Counted from the first letter of the whole stretch, positions 27,306-39,880 are shown. The stretch: 63,668 bases of DNA, filler included, from Octopus bimaculoides (GCF_001194135.2; 10 parts of 9 records of this genome joined end to end with filler, not necessarily neighbours in it); one strand, 5' to 3'. Translations and numbers: made by a program. Notes: generated by a model from the sequence alone, not told the origin.

Positions 27306-27874
27306 TTCTCATAACTTTATTTCTATCAAATGATGCTGCTCTTCACATCTGGCAGTATTAAAAAAAATTGTTTAGAATCTACTTAAACCTCTTACACTTT
27401 ACCAAGTTTTATTAAGACACAGTGACGGACGATGTCACTGTTTATAAGAAAATTCCGATTGTGAATATCTTGTAATCCTTCGGTTCCCAGAGTGGAATGA
27501 GAAATACATTGAAAAATATCGATTTATTTCAAATTCCCATATCTCTGTAGACAGTGAAATATTCTGCATTGATTGCACACACTTTGCTTCTGAATACTGT
27601 CATGTGACATATGCTCGTATCATTTAAAATAAACATTTTATTGAACTCCTAAATTATGACACGAAAGTTGATCTTTACATAAGGCACACAACTCTAATGG
27701 AACTAAATATCGCAATCTGTATTTTCGAAGTAATGATATTTATTCAATCTATGCAGATATACACGTATACATGCGCACGTGCGCACGCTCACAAATATAT
27801 AGTAATTTATTAAGAAGTGAGGAACATCAAATTACTCTACTTCGTGTTGAATATGAATAAATAGTTTAGTATAA

Positions 27875-27876
<2 letters not shown>

Positions 27877-27947
<71 letters not shown>

Positions 27948-27960
27948 GTCTGTCTATCTG

Positions 27961-28007
<47 letters not shown>

Positions 28008-28097
28008 GTCTGTTTCTTTGTCTGTCTGTTTCTTTGTCTGTCTGTTTCTTTGTCTGTCTGTTTCTTTGTCTGTCTGTTTCTTTGTCTGTCTGTCTGT
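27877..28097. repeat. (TATC)n grading into a 16-bp TCTGTCTGTTTCTTTG higher-order unit
   Basis: Direct reading. Confidence 0.9.
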
Positions 28098-28429
28098 CCG
28101 TCTAATAACAATTTTCTGTCTCAACTCCTCTACGTTATTTAAAGTTTCATGTGCGAGTAAGGCCGTACATCTCGTCAGATGTTCAAATCCAGAGTGGAGA
28201 CTTTGAAACAACTTCAAAATGGATGCCACGTGTTTAAGCTCCTATTTGGTCAGTTGCAGTTACATGGTTGTAATACTATCAAAACGACATACTGATAATT
28301 CCCATTACGTAAAAAATACGATGACTCACTGTTTGCTGCATCCATGGAGAGTGCCGACGAAGCTGAGGTCACTGTCCTCGTCGGCTTATTCATCCTGGAG
28401 ACTGGTAAAATGCGCACTCCACTCATGTT

Positions 28430-28569
28430 TCGACGGTGTATAGGTATGGTCACGAATGATCACGTCATAGATAAGTACAGGAGAATTCTGATCAAAATCT
28501 TCTAAGAATTCGGCTTAGCTATAACAATTACCACCAACTTGATAAAAGTCGACTTCTTGGACGTGCAAT

Positions 28570-28639
<70 letters not shown>

Positions 28640-28800
28640 GAGATCCCAATAGGAAGACTTTTTATCTTCATTAACATTCTAACTACTTCCACCTGTAATT
28701 AGAAATCTAGTCACAGGCACCAGTAGATCAAGAAATGAATTCCCAACTTCAAAAGGAGTACCTTTGGCAGCGCCCCTCCTTACTCATCTGGTGGTCGTAA
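28430..28800 (+). mobile_element. Penelope-like (Naiad-like) RT/thumb fragment interrupted by (ACT)n
   Basis: DKYRRILIKIF*EFGLAITITTNLIKVDFLDV, then after the microsatellite LYLH*HSN.PPVIRNLVTG. Confidence 0.65.
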
Positions 28801-29275
28801 TTACTAGCTTTGCCTCCATCAGAAACTGCATGTACTCCATCAACCCGCAGTATACAGCACGAGAAAGAATGAACAAAATATTCTATTGTTGCCTCTGACT
28901 TCTGATAATTCAATTTTACCTGCATAATCCTGGATGTCCCTTTCACACAAATGATTGGTATATAATTATTGGTATTCGTATATATACTACAGCCTACTCG
29001 CATTGGTCACGTGCCCTCAATTGTAAGCCAACTGCATCAAACAGTTACGCCTGACTGCTGTCAGCAATAGGTTCAGTCTCCACAGAATAATGACTGAACC
29101 TGCATACCTCACCACGTCTGACACCCAATAAAAAAAATAATAATGATAATGATAATGCTTTCAAAGTTTGGCAAAAGGTTAGTAAGTTGAGGTAAGGAGG
29201 TAAATCGATTACGTGACCACAGTGCTCAATGTACATACATACGTACGTACGTACGTACGTACGTACGTGCACGCG

Positions 29276-29311
<36 letters not shown>

Positions 29312-29858
29312 TGTGTGCGTCCGTGTGCGTCCGTGTGCGTCCGTGTGTATATGTAGACAACTTCATTTTAATATTATATTGATCCAATGGGACTTGATCT
29401 TATCACCTAATACGTTTCTAGATTTTTTCAACTCATCTTTATTTTTCAGAAAAAAATTTAAGAGAAGGTAATTTGTACTTTCTTGGTTTTACACAAACTT
29501 TTGCCAGCGTCCGTACGATCAAGAAGCTATCTTACTCAAGTCGAGTCCATTTCTTGGTTTGTATTCGTTTGGTAAGGTCTTGTTTCCTAAAAACAGCCAT
29601 GCATGCGTTTAACGTCAAGCTAACACGTGAGCCTCTGCATGACTGCATAAGCTATTAGATTTAGCAACCATCTTAAAAACAGAAAAGGCACATTAATCAG
29701 TTATGCTCTTGATATATGAATGACCAATCGGTCATAGCTGCAGCACGTGAAAGCATTGCTCATAGGTCTGCTCTTTCAACAAAAGATTGGTTCACAAAAA
29801 CAACAACTTGGGTAATGTTATTAGTAAAAGAATAAATACATTGAATACATACATACAT

Positions 29859-29929
<71 letters not shown>

Positions 29930-32789
29930 NNNNNNNNNNNNNNNNNNNNNNNNNNNNNNNNNNNNNNNNNNNNNNNNNNNNNNNNNNNNNNNNNNNNNNN
30001 NNNNNNNNNNNNNNNNNNNNNNNNNNNNNNNNNNNNNNNNNNNNNNNNNNNNNNNNNNNNNNNNNNNNNNNNNNNNNNNNNNNNNNNNNNNNNNNNNNNN
30101 NNNNNNNNNNNNNNNNNNNNNNNNNNNNNNNNNNNNNNNNNNNNNNNNNNNNNNNNNNNNNNNNNNNNNNNNNNNNNNNNNNNNNNNNNNNNNNNNNNNN
30201 NNNNNNNNNNNNNNNNNNNNNNNNNNNNNNNNNNNNNNNNNNNNNNNNNNNNNNNNNNNNNNNNNNNNNNNNNNNNNNNNNNNNNNNNNNNNNNNNNNNN
30301 NNNNNNNNNNNNNNNNNNNNNNNNNNNNNNNNNNNNNNNNNNNNNNNNNNNNNNNNNNNNNNNNNNNNNNNNNNNNNNNNNNNNNNNNNNNNNNNNNNNN
30401 NNNNNNNNNNNNNNNNNNNNNNNNNNNNNNNNNNNNNNNNNNNNNNNNNNNNNNNNNNNNNNNNNNNNNNNNNNNNNNNNNNNNNNNNNNNNNNNNNNNN
30501 NNNNNNNNNNNNNNNNNNNNNNNNNNNNNNNNNNNNNNNNNNNNNNNNNNNNNNNNNNNNNNNNNNNNNNNNNNNNNNNNNNNNNNNNNNNNNNNNNNNN
30601 NNNNNNNNNNNNNNNNNNNNNNNNNNNNNNNNNNNNNNNNNNNNNNNNNNNNNNNNNNNNNNNNNNNNNNNNNNNNNNNNNNNNNNNNNNNNNNNNNNNN
30701 NNNNNNNNNNNNNGTATATATATGTATACATTTATATAATACATACTCCAACAACAAAACTGCATAGATATGAGATTGGAACTACTTCTGTACTTGTTTT
30801 TCCAGCGCTTTATTTTATTGGCATATTATAAATTAACTAGGCCGCCACAATATGTTCAGAAAGTTTGAATTGAACGATATATAATATATATGCATGTTTG
30901 TGTTTGCGTGTGTGCGTTTGTGTGTGTGTGTGCGCGCGTGTGTATGTGCATGAATGTATATGACTATGTGTGTGCGTATGTAATATATTGCTTGTAACTG
31001 AAACTCCAATAATCTTGTCTTCGATCATTAGACGATGTTTGAAGAAGACATGAAAACTGTTTCTAAGAATATTCAACTAAAAACAAAGCGAAACAAAACA
31101 AATTGCTTTTGCATGACTTTCCAGGGACATTTAGTATCTAAGAGAAACTGGTAGCAATAATTTTTGAATATTTTGCTTTTTTCTAGCTTTTGCATTTACA
31201 AGCATAGCAATAACAGAAATATTTCGTCGCCATCTTTTTTTAACAGAAGCGATTCTTGTATAAAATAAATTATTATTAGTGGCAGAGGCGCCCAAAGGAG
31301 ATGATTCTCGTCTGCCAGCGATATAAATATGTATGTTCTTAAACACCATGCGTCCATAAGAGACATCCTCTCAAAGTAAATCATGCAATATTCGACGCTC
31401 TTGAAATACATCTACGTAAAGTTGGTTATAAAGATGCTTATATTATTTCCTGATACAATCTGTTTCAATACAAAATCGGACCTACTTTGTAACTGCTTCC
31501 TTAGGGCAAAACTTTTACACCGATATTGTAAATTAATTGAACGTCGCAATAATTTAAGATAGCTAAAAAGCTTACGATTATAACTCCATTATTACTTCCC
31601 CAGTGAAGGTGGCACTCACTGTTAAGATGTCATCGATATCTTAGAGGTGCCGTCAACGTAAGAGCTCAGATAGGGAGGTAAATATGTATGTATGTGTGTA
31701 TGTGTGTATGTATGTATGTATGTATGTATGTATGTATGTATTGAAAGAATGTAGTTGTGTAAAGCCGGAACAATGCGAGAAGGTACAAAGTAAACTATAA
31801 ATTGAAAAGAAAACAACAAAATTGCTGTTTTATCTTATACACTGAACCGCAAAAGAAACGCGAGACGTGTGTCATTGTGAAATGTTTTAATTTTATTATG
31901 TCAGTGATAAACTTTGATAAATCTGATAAAGTCAATTTTTTTGATTAACTTTGACCACAGTCTATGGGTCGTTGTCGTGTGTTCTGGCAGTGGGTGGATC
32001 TAGACACCCCGGTGACGCATCGTTGCGACAAATACAGGAGTCGGTCCTCATAACTGAAACGCAACCAATTTTAAACACCAAATACACGTAGATGAGGGCC
32101 TTACAATTGCCCATGGTTGCATGTGTTGTTCACACATATGATGCGGAATATGAACGTAAATAAATTAATTAAAAAGTCTCTATCTGATCTGATATAAACG
32201 AAATTGTTACAAACACACATATGGACGCACATACTTACATATAAGCACGAACACATAAGTGCGTGNNNNNNNNNNNNNNNNNNNNNNNNNNNNNNNNNNN
32301 NNNNNNNNNNNNNNNNNNNNNNNNNNNNNNNNNNNNNNNNNNNNNNNNNNNNNNNNNNNNNNNNNNNNNNNNNNNNNNNNNNNNNNNNNNNNNNNNNNNN
32401 NNNNNNNNNNNNNNNNNNNNNNNNNNNNNNNNNNNNNNNNNNNNNNNNNNNNNNNNNNNNNNNNNNNNNNNNNNNNNNNNNNNNNNNNNNNNNNNNNNNN
32501 NNNNNNNNNNNNNNNNNNNNNNNNNNNNNNNNNNNNNNNNNNNNNNNNNNNNNNNNNNNNNNNNNNNNNNNNNNNNNNNNNNNNNNNNNNNNNNNNNNNN
32601 NNNNNNNNNNNNNNNNNNNNNNNNNNNNNNNNNNNNNNNNNNNNNNNNNNNNNNNNNNNNNNNNNNNNNNNNNNNNNNNNNNNNNNNNNNNNNNNNNNNN
32701 NNNNNNNNNNNNNNNNNNNNNNNNNNNNNNNNNNNNNNNNNNNNNNNNNNNNNNNNNNNNNNNNNNNNNNNNNNNNNTATATATATATA

Positions 32790-33840
32790 TATATTATACC
32801 AACCAAGGAGATGTAAACCGCAATGATAAACACCAATTACGACCAATTTGTAGTAGTAGAAATACTTATGATACAGGTAACACGGTAACAACGCCGGTAA
32901 ATGGAGTCAGGACTGCCTTATATACAAATAAATAACCGATGCAGAGAAAAATCAAAATGTCCTCTGATGAATCTCTGTATGAGTACAAATATAAATGTAC
33001 CGTGCACACAAGGGGAAGGCTCTATGTTTACATTGGGCAGACGGCTGATTCCTTTAAGAATCGTAACCATGTTGCCAGTTTTAAGACAATCAATAAGAGA
33101 TGTTCAACATCGTTGGCAGATTTTGTATGGCAACTGAAGGAGGATAAAATGAAATACAGCATAACTTGGTTCATAGTATGGTATGCGAAACCATACAATA
33201 TAATTTCCAGGAGATGCTCTGTCTCTGCTCTGAGGAATTCCTGTCTATTCCGTGGACTAACGAGAAGATCGTTAATAGAATTTCTGAACGACTCTCGAGA
33301 TGCCTACACGCATATTAATGTACTTCCGCACAATGCAGTAGGAATGAAGCTTTAATAACCGTTAACATAATTTAATTTACTATAAAACTCCCCATTCTTA
33401 CAAACACCAAGTCGATAACTAACTCGCTTTGTGATCATGAGTGCACAAAACTTCACGTGTGCGTATGCTCACATTTTTTGCGGATGCTTGTATGAGCGAA
33501 TGTACTCGCGCCATGCAGCTTGTCCGAGGCCGTTTATACATCCATATTTGTAAACAGGTTTTTTAAATACTTTTCTCGCTGGATTGCGTGTTTGTTTCTC
33601 TTTTTGCCATCTGTGATTTTATATTTGATCTTCTCTATAAATGAAGATATTTCCATCACCTGGCTGCTTTTCTCTCTACAAAACGGAAAGTTACATTGCA
33701 GAACTGTTATTTTAACGACTTGTATTTATTTATCACCTGACGAAATACATCTGCACCGCCGGATGTTCCTGAACCAGTTGTTGAGTGTCCGACCCTTGAA
33801 GAATTGATGCTAGATGTGTCGAAACAATTGTCGTGATTAA
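32790..33840 (+). mobile_element. Penelope-like element 3' fragment (Naiad-like): Cys linker, GIY-YIG endonuclease, pLTR with hammerhead
   Basis: CREKSKCPL..LC...YKCTV, VYIGQTADSFKNR, STSLADFVWQLKE...YSITW, AKPYNIISRRC, then a complete hammerhead at 33732-33837. Clade assignment is from recalled motifs. Confidence 0.8.
33732..33837 (+). ncRNA. Type I hammerhead ribozyme (predicted)
   Basis: Stem I ATCAC(33732-36)/GTGAT(33833-37); core CTGACGA (33737-43); stem II ATACATCT/AGATGTGT; GAAA (33821-24); stem III AC-AATT-GT with palindromic loop; GTC cleavage triplet ending at 33832. Confidence 0.75.
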
Positions 33841-35189
33841 TAATAAATTCTCGTATATTCTATATTCCGTCTTTCATTTGCCATATACATATACATCACT
33901 GTAAAAGTGACCGTCCTTTACCAGTAAGCTAATAGGTGTAAACCATTCGTTTTATTATCCATTATATATATATANNNNNNNNNNNNNNNNNNNNNNNNNN
34001 NNNNNNNNNNNNNNNNNNNNNNNNNNNNNNNNNNNNNNNNNNNNNNNNNNNNNNNNNNNNNNNNNNNNNNNNNNNNNNNNNNNNNNNNNNNNNNNNNNNN
34101 NNNNNNNNNNNNNNNNNNNNNNNNNNNNNNNNNNNNNNNNNNNNNNNNNNNNNNNNNNNNNNNNNNNNNNNNNNNNNNNNNNNNNNNNNNNNNNNNNNNN
34201 NNNNNNNNNNNNNNNNNNNNNNNNNNNNNNNNNNNNNNNNNNNNNNNNNNNNNNNNNNNNNNNNNNNNNNNNNNNNNNNNNNNNNNNNNNNNNNNNNNNN
34301 NNNNNNNNNNNNNNNNNNNNNNNNNNNNNNNNNNNNNNNNNNNNNNNNNNNNNNNNNNNNNNNNNNNNNNNNNNNNNNNNNNNNNNNNNNNNNNNNNNNN
34401 NNNNNNNNNNNNNNNNNNNNNNNNNNNNNNNNNNNNNNNNNNNNNNNNNNNNNNNNNNNNNNNNNNNNNNNNNNNNNNNNNNNNNNNNNNNNNNNNNNNN
34501 NNNNNNNNNNNNNNNNNNNNNNNNNNNNNNNNNNNNNNNNNNNNNNNNNNNNNNNNNNNNNNNNNNNNNNNNNNNNNNNNNNNNNNNNNNNNNNNNNNNN
34601 NNNNNNNNNNNNNNNNNNNNNNNNNNNNNNNNNNNNNNNNNNNNNNNNNNNNNNNNNNNNNNNNNNNNNNNNNNNNNNNNNNNNNNNNNNNNNNNNNNNN
34701 NNNNNNNNNNNNNNNNNNNNNNNNNNNNNNNNNNNNNNNNNNNNNNNNNNNNNNNNNNNNNNNNNNNNNNNNNNNNNNNNNNNNNNNNNNNNNNNNNNNN
34801 NNNNNNNNNNNNNNNNNNNNNNNNNNNNNNNNNNNNNNNNNNNNNNNNNNNNATTGTTAGAAGTAGTGTATAAATATTGTATATTCAGAAAAAAGGAGGT
34901 CGTCAGAATTTTAGAAAACAATTTTTTTATTCATTATTATTAGCGCTTTCATTCGTTTTCGAACTTTACAAATAAAGCTGTGAATGTGCAAACAGGTTGT
35001 TCATGTATATAAATCAGGTATTTTTGTTTTGTTTAGGAGTAATACCATGTACCCCAGATAGATGAATACACGAGAAGAAAGACAAATAAAATACGGGCAA
35101 CACAGACACCATATTATGAACTGGAAGATGGGCAGAAAACCGAATTTATGGACAATTGAATTCGTACAAAGAATATGAAACATCATCTC

Positions 35190-37605
35190 ACCTACATCAG
35201 AACTAGAACCCGGAAATCAGAAAATGGAGACACGGTAACACAGTTCCTGTTTTAGGGAGAAAATACCACAATCACGCACCAGACCCGACACAACACAAAA
35301 GTTTAATGAGCACACAGAACATATATATCCGAAGATCACAAGTTTGTCGATTAGAAGCCTCAACAAGAATGAGATGAACCTCCTATTAAAAGGTTTCAAG
35401 TTTACTCCGACACTCACCCTTAATCTCATTGAACTGAAATCTGATATTGAACATTTTAACTGCCCCCTCCGACTTCTTCGGCAATAAGGATATAAATGAT
35501 GAATCAATAGTCAGAAATAAATCTCACTTCACCCCCTACAAGGGAAATCACAAATATTTAGACGCATATATAGACACAGTTTCAAAATTTCCCCTAAATA
35601 TCTTCAAATATAAACAAAACTTTCGTGAAGAATAACAGGAAGCCTTACTAACACTGTCATCCTAAAAGAAGCCGATAACGGAGGGGCGATAATAATCATG
35701 GACAAAGACTACTACAAAGATAAAATATTGGAAATGTTAACAAACCAAACCTACTATAAGGAAGATCCAAGGCACTCAGAAAAAACGATAATGAATAAAA
35801 TCAAAACACTAATTAATAAATACCAAGATTCCTTCATAAACAAGGCGAAAGATAATATCTGTAACTCTGTAATCAAAGAGAGCAATTTCTACGGATTGCC
35901 CAAAATCCACAAAAGCTCCGAAATACAAAGTGCCATAAATAAGCAGAACTAATGCTTAAAAGAATACTAAAGCCCGCTGATCTCAAACTAAGACCAATCG
36001 TTGCTGGACCTCAAACACCAACACAATAACTAGGTCATTTTTAGATATATCCTAAAACTTTGTGCCCATTAATACCCAGTTATACACGGGATGGCATAGA
36101 TTTCATCCAGCACATCCCACCCACTGTTCCAGAAGGTACTATACTTGCAAATTTTGATGTTACCAATCTTTATACCAATATACCTCATGCTTTAGGCCTA
36201 GAAGCAGTCAAACACTGGGTAGAGAAACAGAGGGCGGATTAATGAACGCTTCAAGACTGACTTCATCACCAAGGCCACACGCCTGGTAGTGGAAGAAAAT
36301 GCCTTTAGATTCAATAATAAAACACATCGACAGTTAAAGGGCACGGCCATGGGTACGCGGTTTGCACCCTCATATGTAAATTAGTTATGGGATACTTGGA
36401 AGAAAAACTTAATGAAGAAGTAGAGTAACTTTTGATCAGGAGCACAAGAAATATATCATTAAAAAGTGGAAACGCTTCCTTGATGATTGCTTCATCTTTT
36501 GGGACAGATCAAATGAGGACCTAAGTATATTTAACAATATACTGAACACACTTCACTCATCCGTCAAATTCACGACAGAATCCAGTTGCAATGAATTACC
36601 ATTCCTGGATATCTACGTAAAAATACAGAACTCCGCAGTCACAACAGACATACAAAAAAGAAAAAAACTGACACGCACCAATATTTAAATTTTTACTCTT
36701 GCCATCCATCGCACATCAAAAGGAACATTACACACAGTATGATGAGACGCTTCTGTGCTATAGTGACTGACTCCAAAATACGTGAAATCTGACTCAACGA
36801 ACTCAAAAGCTTCCTCACAATGCAGAAATACCCCCTTTATGATTAATTAATGAGGTAATTAAAAAGAGGATGAAGCTGAGCATCACCCAACTACGGACAC
36901 ATAGGGAAAAAATTAATGAACACACAATTCTGTTTGTTAACGCACACAGTCCTGGGATAACCAACATCTGTCACGCCATAAAATCGCTATACTCCTACAA
37001 AACCTCAAAATGAAAATCTAGTTGAAAAAAACCCTTACAGAATAGTAGACGCCAACCAAAGAAAAAAAAATCATAAGAACCACCCCACAAGAGCAGAATT
37101 CACATCAGAGAATGAATCAGAATTCTTAGTAAAAGAATGTGGAGAGAGATGTGGAATATGCAACAACAACTTTAAATACTTAGAAAGTGGCTCCCATATA
37201 AAATTCAAGAGCGGATTCACGTTCAAAATAAATGCAGATATGAATTGTAAAACGCAGAACCTCATATACTGCATTACCTGCCTCAACAGCAAAGAAAATT
37301 ACATTGGCGAAACCAATAATCCCCTCTGCCAACGTGCAAGAATCCTGAAGTAGCATATCCGACAAGAGGAATTACGCAAGATTCCGTTAAGCAAGCATCT
37401 GGAAATATGGTGCGACGGAAAATTTCAAAACCTTTTCCTTTTACAAATGTTCACGGGATGACACGCAAAAGCAATGGAGCTACACTTCATCAAGAAATTC
37501 TCCCTAAAAAATTGAATGTTTGAAAGAAAAGCGGAGAATTTGCACTTTTGATTGTAAATATAGCTTCAATATTTGAAACATAATACTCATTTCTATAAAC
37601 ATTCC

Positions 37606-37608
<3 letters not shown>
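35190..37608 (+). mobile_element. Penelope-like element (Neptune-like), RT plus GIY-YIG pseudogene
   Basis: Stitched frames: EADNGGAIIIMDK, FYGLPKIHK, LRPIVAG, FDVTNLYTNIP, GTAMG, KRFLDDCF, LPFLDI, QYLNFYSCHP, a Cx3CxxC linker (CGERCGIC), LIYCITC...YIGET. Ends CCGGTA followed by (TA)n. Multiple frameshifts and stops. Confidence 0.92.
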
Positions 37609-37638
<30 letters not shown>

Positions 37639-38058
37639 CATTGGAATATTCTAGCTTTACGTATTTTTCTAACTTGTAAATATTGTTTGTTCATTCAAAA
37701 TATGAAATTGAAAGAAGCCTGGCTATATTTTTTCATTACAAAACACCGAAGATACACACAGTGTGAACGTATGGGAAAACACTTACAGAACTTATCTTTT
37801 TTCTGACACCTTGAGGAAAGAAAAAATACATTATTACTGTTGTTTCTGCTCCATATTTATGGCATGGTACTCATCTCTATAACATTGGATTTTATATTTC
37901 TAATTTGTAAATATTGTACTAATGTTTGTTCAAGCAAAAACATGAAATTAAAAGGAACCTGATTTTATTTTTCAATGCAAAACATTAAAATTACACAGTG
38001 TAGACATAGACATATTTCCAAACACATGAACTCACAGGCACACACATACACACATACG

Positions 38059-38107
<49 letters not shown>

Positions 38108-38607
38108 NNNNNNNNNNNNNNNNNNNNNNNNNNNNNNNNNNNNNNNNNNNNNNNNNNNNNNNNNNNNNNNNNNNNNNNNNNNNNNNNNNNNNNNNNNNNN
38201 NNNNNNNNNNNNNNNNNNNNNNNNNNNNNNNNNNNNNNNNNNNNNNNNNNNNNNNNNNNNNNNNNNNNNNNNNNNNNNNNNNNNNNNNNNNNNNNNNNNN
38301 NNNNNNNNNNNNNNNNNNNNNNNNNNNNNNNNNNNNNNNNNNNNNNNNNNNNNNNNNNNNNNNNNNNNNNNNNNNNNNNNNNNNNNNNNNNNNNNNNNNN
38401 NNNNNNNNNNNNNNNNNCCCCCCAAAAGTGTTCTCTTTTTCTAAACGAAAAAAAAAAGAACACCTGATTTATATAGATGAACAACCCGTTTGCACATTCA
38501 CAATATTATTTGACAAGTTCGAAAACTAACGAAAGCGTTAATAATAATAATGAATAAATAAATAAAAATGTTTCCAAAATTCTGGCGACCTCCTCTTTTC
38601 TCAATAT

Positions 38608-38638
<31 letters not shown>

Positions 38639-38689
38639 AATAATATATAAGAATTTTATGGTTTTGCCAAGTTGTCTGGTCTATCAACT

Positions 38690-39025
38690 AGCACTTCGTC
38701 GATTACGACGAGAAGGGCTCCAGTTGATCCAATCAACAGAACAGTCTGCTTGTGAAATTAACGTGCAAGTAGCTGAAAACTACATAGAAATGTGTACTCT
38801 TAACGTAGTTATCAGAAAGATACAGCATGACACAGAAAGTAAGAAGGATGGCCCTTTGAAATATAGGCGTTACTAATTTTTTCCTCCTAATTTTTTGCAC
38901 CAGTGGACTGGAACCAATGCAGAGTAAAATGTCTTGCTGAAGGATGCAACGCACTGCCGGAAATCGAACACTGGACCTTACGATCGTGAGCCCAATCCTC
39001 TAACCAGTAAACCACGCGCCTTCAC
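38690..39025 (-). mobile_element. SINE family C variant
   Basis: Family C body plus a tRNA-like head ending CCACGCGCCTTCAC on +. Confidence 0.7.
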
Positions 39026-39047
39026 TCTGGCTTATAACAAGAAAATA

Positions 39048-39325
39048 TGGCATATAGCGTAGTGGTTAAGAGCGCGGGCTACTAATCCCAAGATTCCGAG
39101 TTCGATTCCAAGAAGTGAGCCGAACCACAACAACAACAAAAACATCGAAAGATACCTTAGGAATGAGAACCCAGGTTCGAAATTTCCCCAAGACACCTGA
39201 AGAAGGCTGGAGGGTATATCAGCCGAAACGTTGTGTTAACAACATACAAGATGAGGACAAATATCCGTCGAATGTAAATAATGTAAATAATGGACACAAT
39301 TCCTCATCTCCTAAATATATAACTG
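39048..39325 (+). mobile_element. tRNA-headed SINE/retrozyme-like unit carrying a hammerhead
   Basis: Box A TAGCGTAGTGG (39055), box B GAGTTCGATTCC (39098), short (AAC)n, hammerhead, then a duplicated AATGTAAAT tail. Confidence 0.65.
39192..39237 (+). ncRNA. Minimal dimer-type hammerhead ribozyme (predicted)
   Basis: Stem I GACAC/GTGTT; core CTGAAGA (39197-203); stem II GGCTG/CAGCC; GAAA; loopless palindromic stem III AC|GT; GTT triplet ending at 39232. Confidence 0.7.
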
Positions 39326-39532
39326 AAGAAAATATAAGTTGTATGTGACATTAGTAAGGATTTTAAAGTGTACCGTATTCGTGGAAGTTAATTTTAATTT
39401 TTATTTTAGAACAAATTTTATGATTCCATCATACAAATACCCTTTCTAAATACACACACAAACGACCACAAACATATCCATATCTGAATGCTCGTATATA
39501 TATATATATATATATATATATACCGGAGTAAG

Positions 39533-39684
39533 CACATGAAATGTGCAACAAGGTGGAAAAAAGAGTACTCAAATACCAGAGGTAGAGTAATATGCTTTAT
39601 TTAAAAGCAACAGAAATATAACAAAAAAACCGTTACTCTGAGTTTCACGTTCCCGTTCATCGGGACGTGAAACTCAGAGTCACG
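39533..39684 (-). mobile_element. Penelope-like pLTR end with hammerhead variant and fold-back
   Basis: Minus strand ends CCGGTA(TA)n like the PLE at 37608. Contains CCGATGA-ACG(GGAA)CGT-GAAAC-TCAGA-GTA. 39631-39655 and 39661-39684 are inverted arms. Abuts a gap. Confidence 0.55.
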
Positions 39685-39880
39685 NNNNNNNNNNNNNNNN
39701 NNNNNNNNNNNNNNNNNNNNNNNNNNNNTTAATTAATTAANNNNNNNNNNNNNNNNNNNNNNNNNNNNNNNNNNNNNNNNNNNNGTGGGCTTATGTCGAA
39801 CGACTGATGTTACGTGTGGGACGAGTCGGTTTATCAACCGAGTCTATCGTCAATATCGTCACGCCTCCTTCGTGGAGGGT

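Noticed and set aside
31838-31870. TA-CACTGAACCGCAAAAGAAACGC resembling a Tc1 TIR
   Set aside because: No partner TIR or transposase found.
39048-39115. tRNA gene call for the tRNA-like heads (also 15838, 17330-17402, 49422)
   Set aside because: Box A/B are present but no convincing cloverleaf, and each continues into a repeated SINE body.
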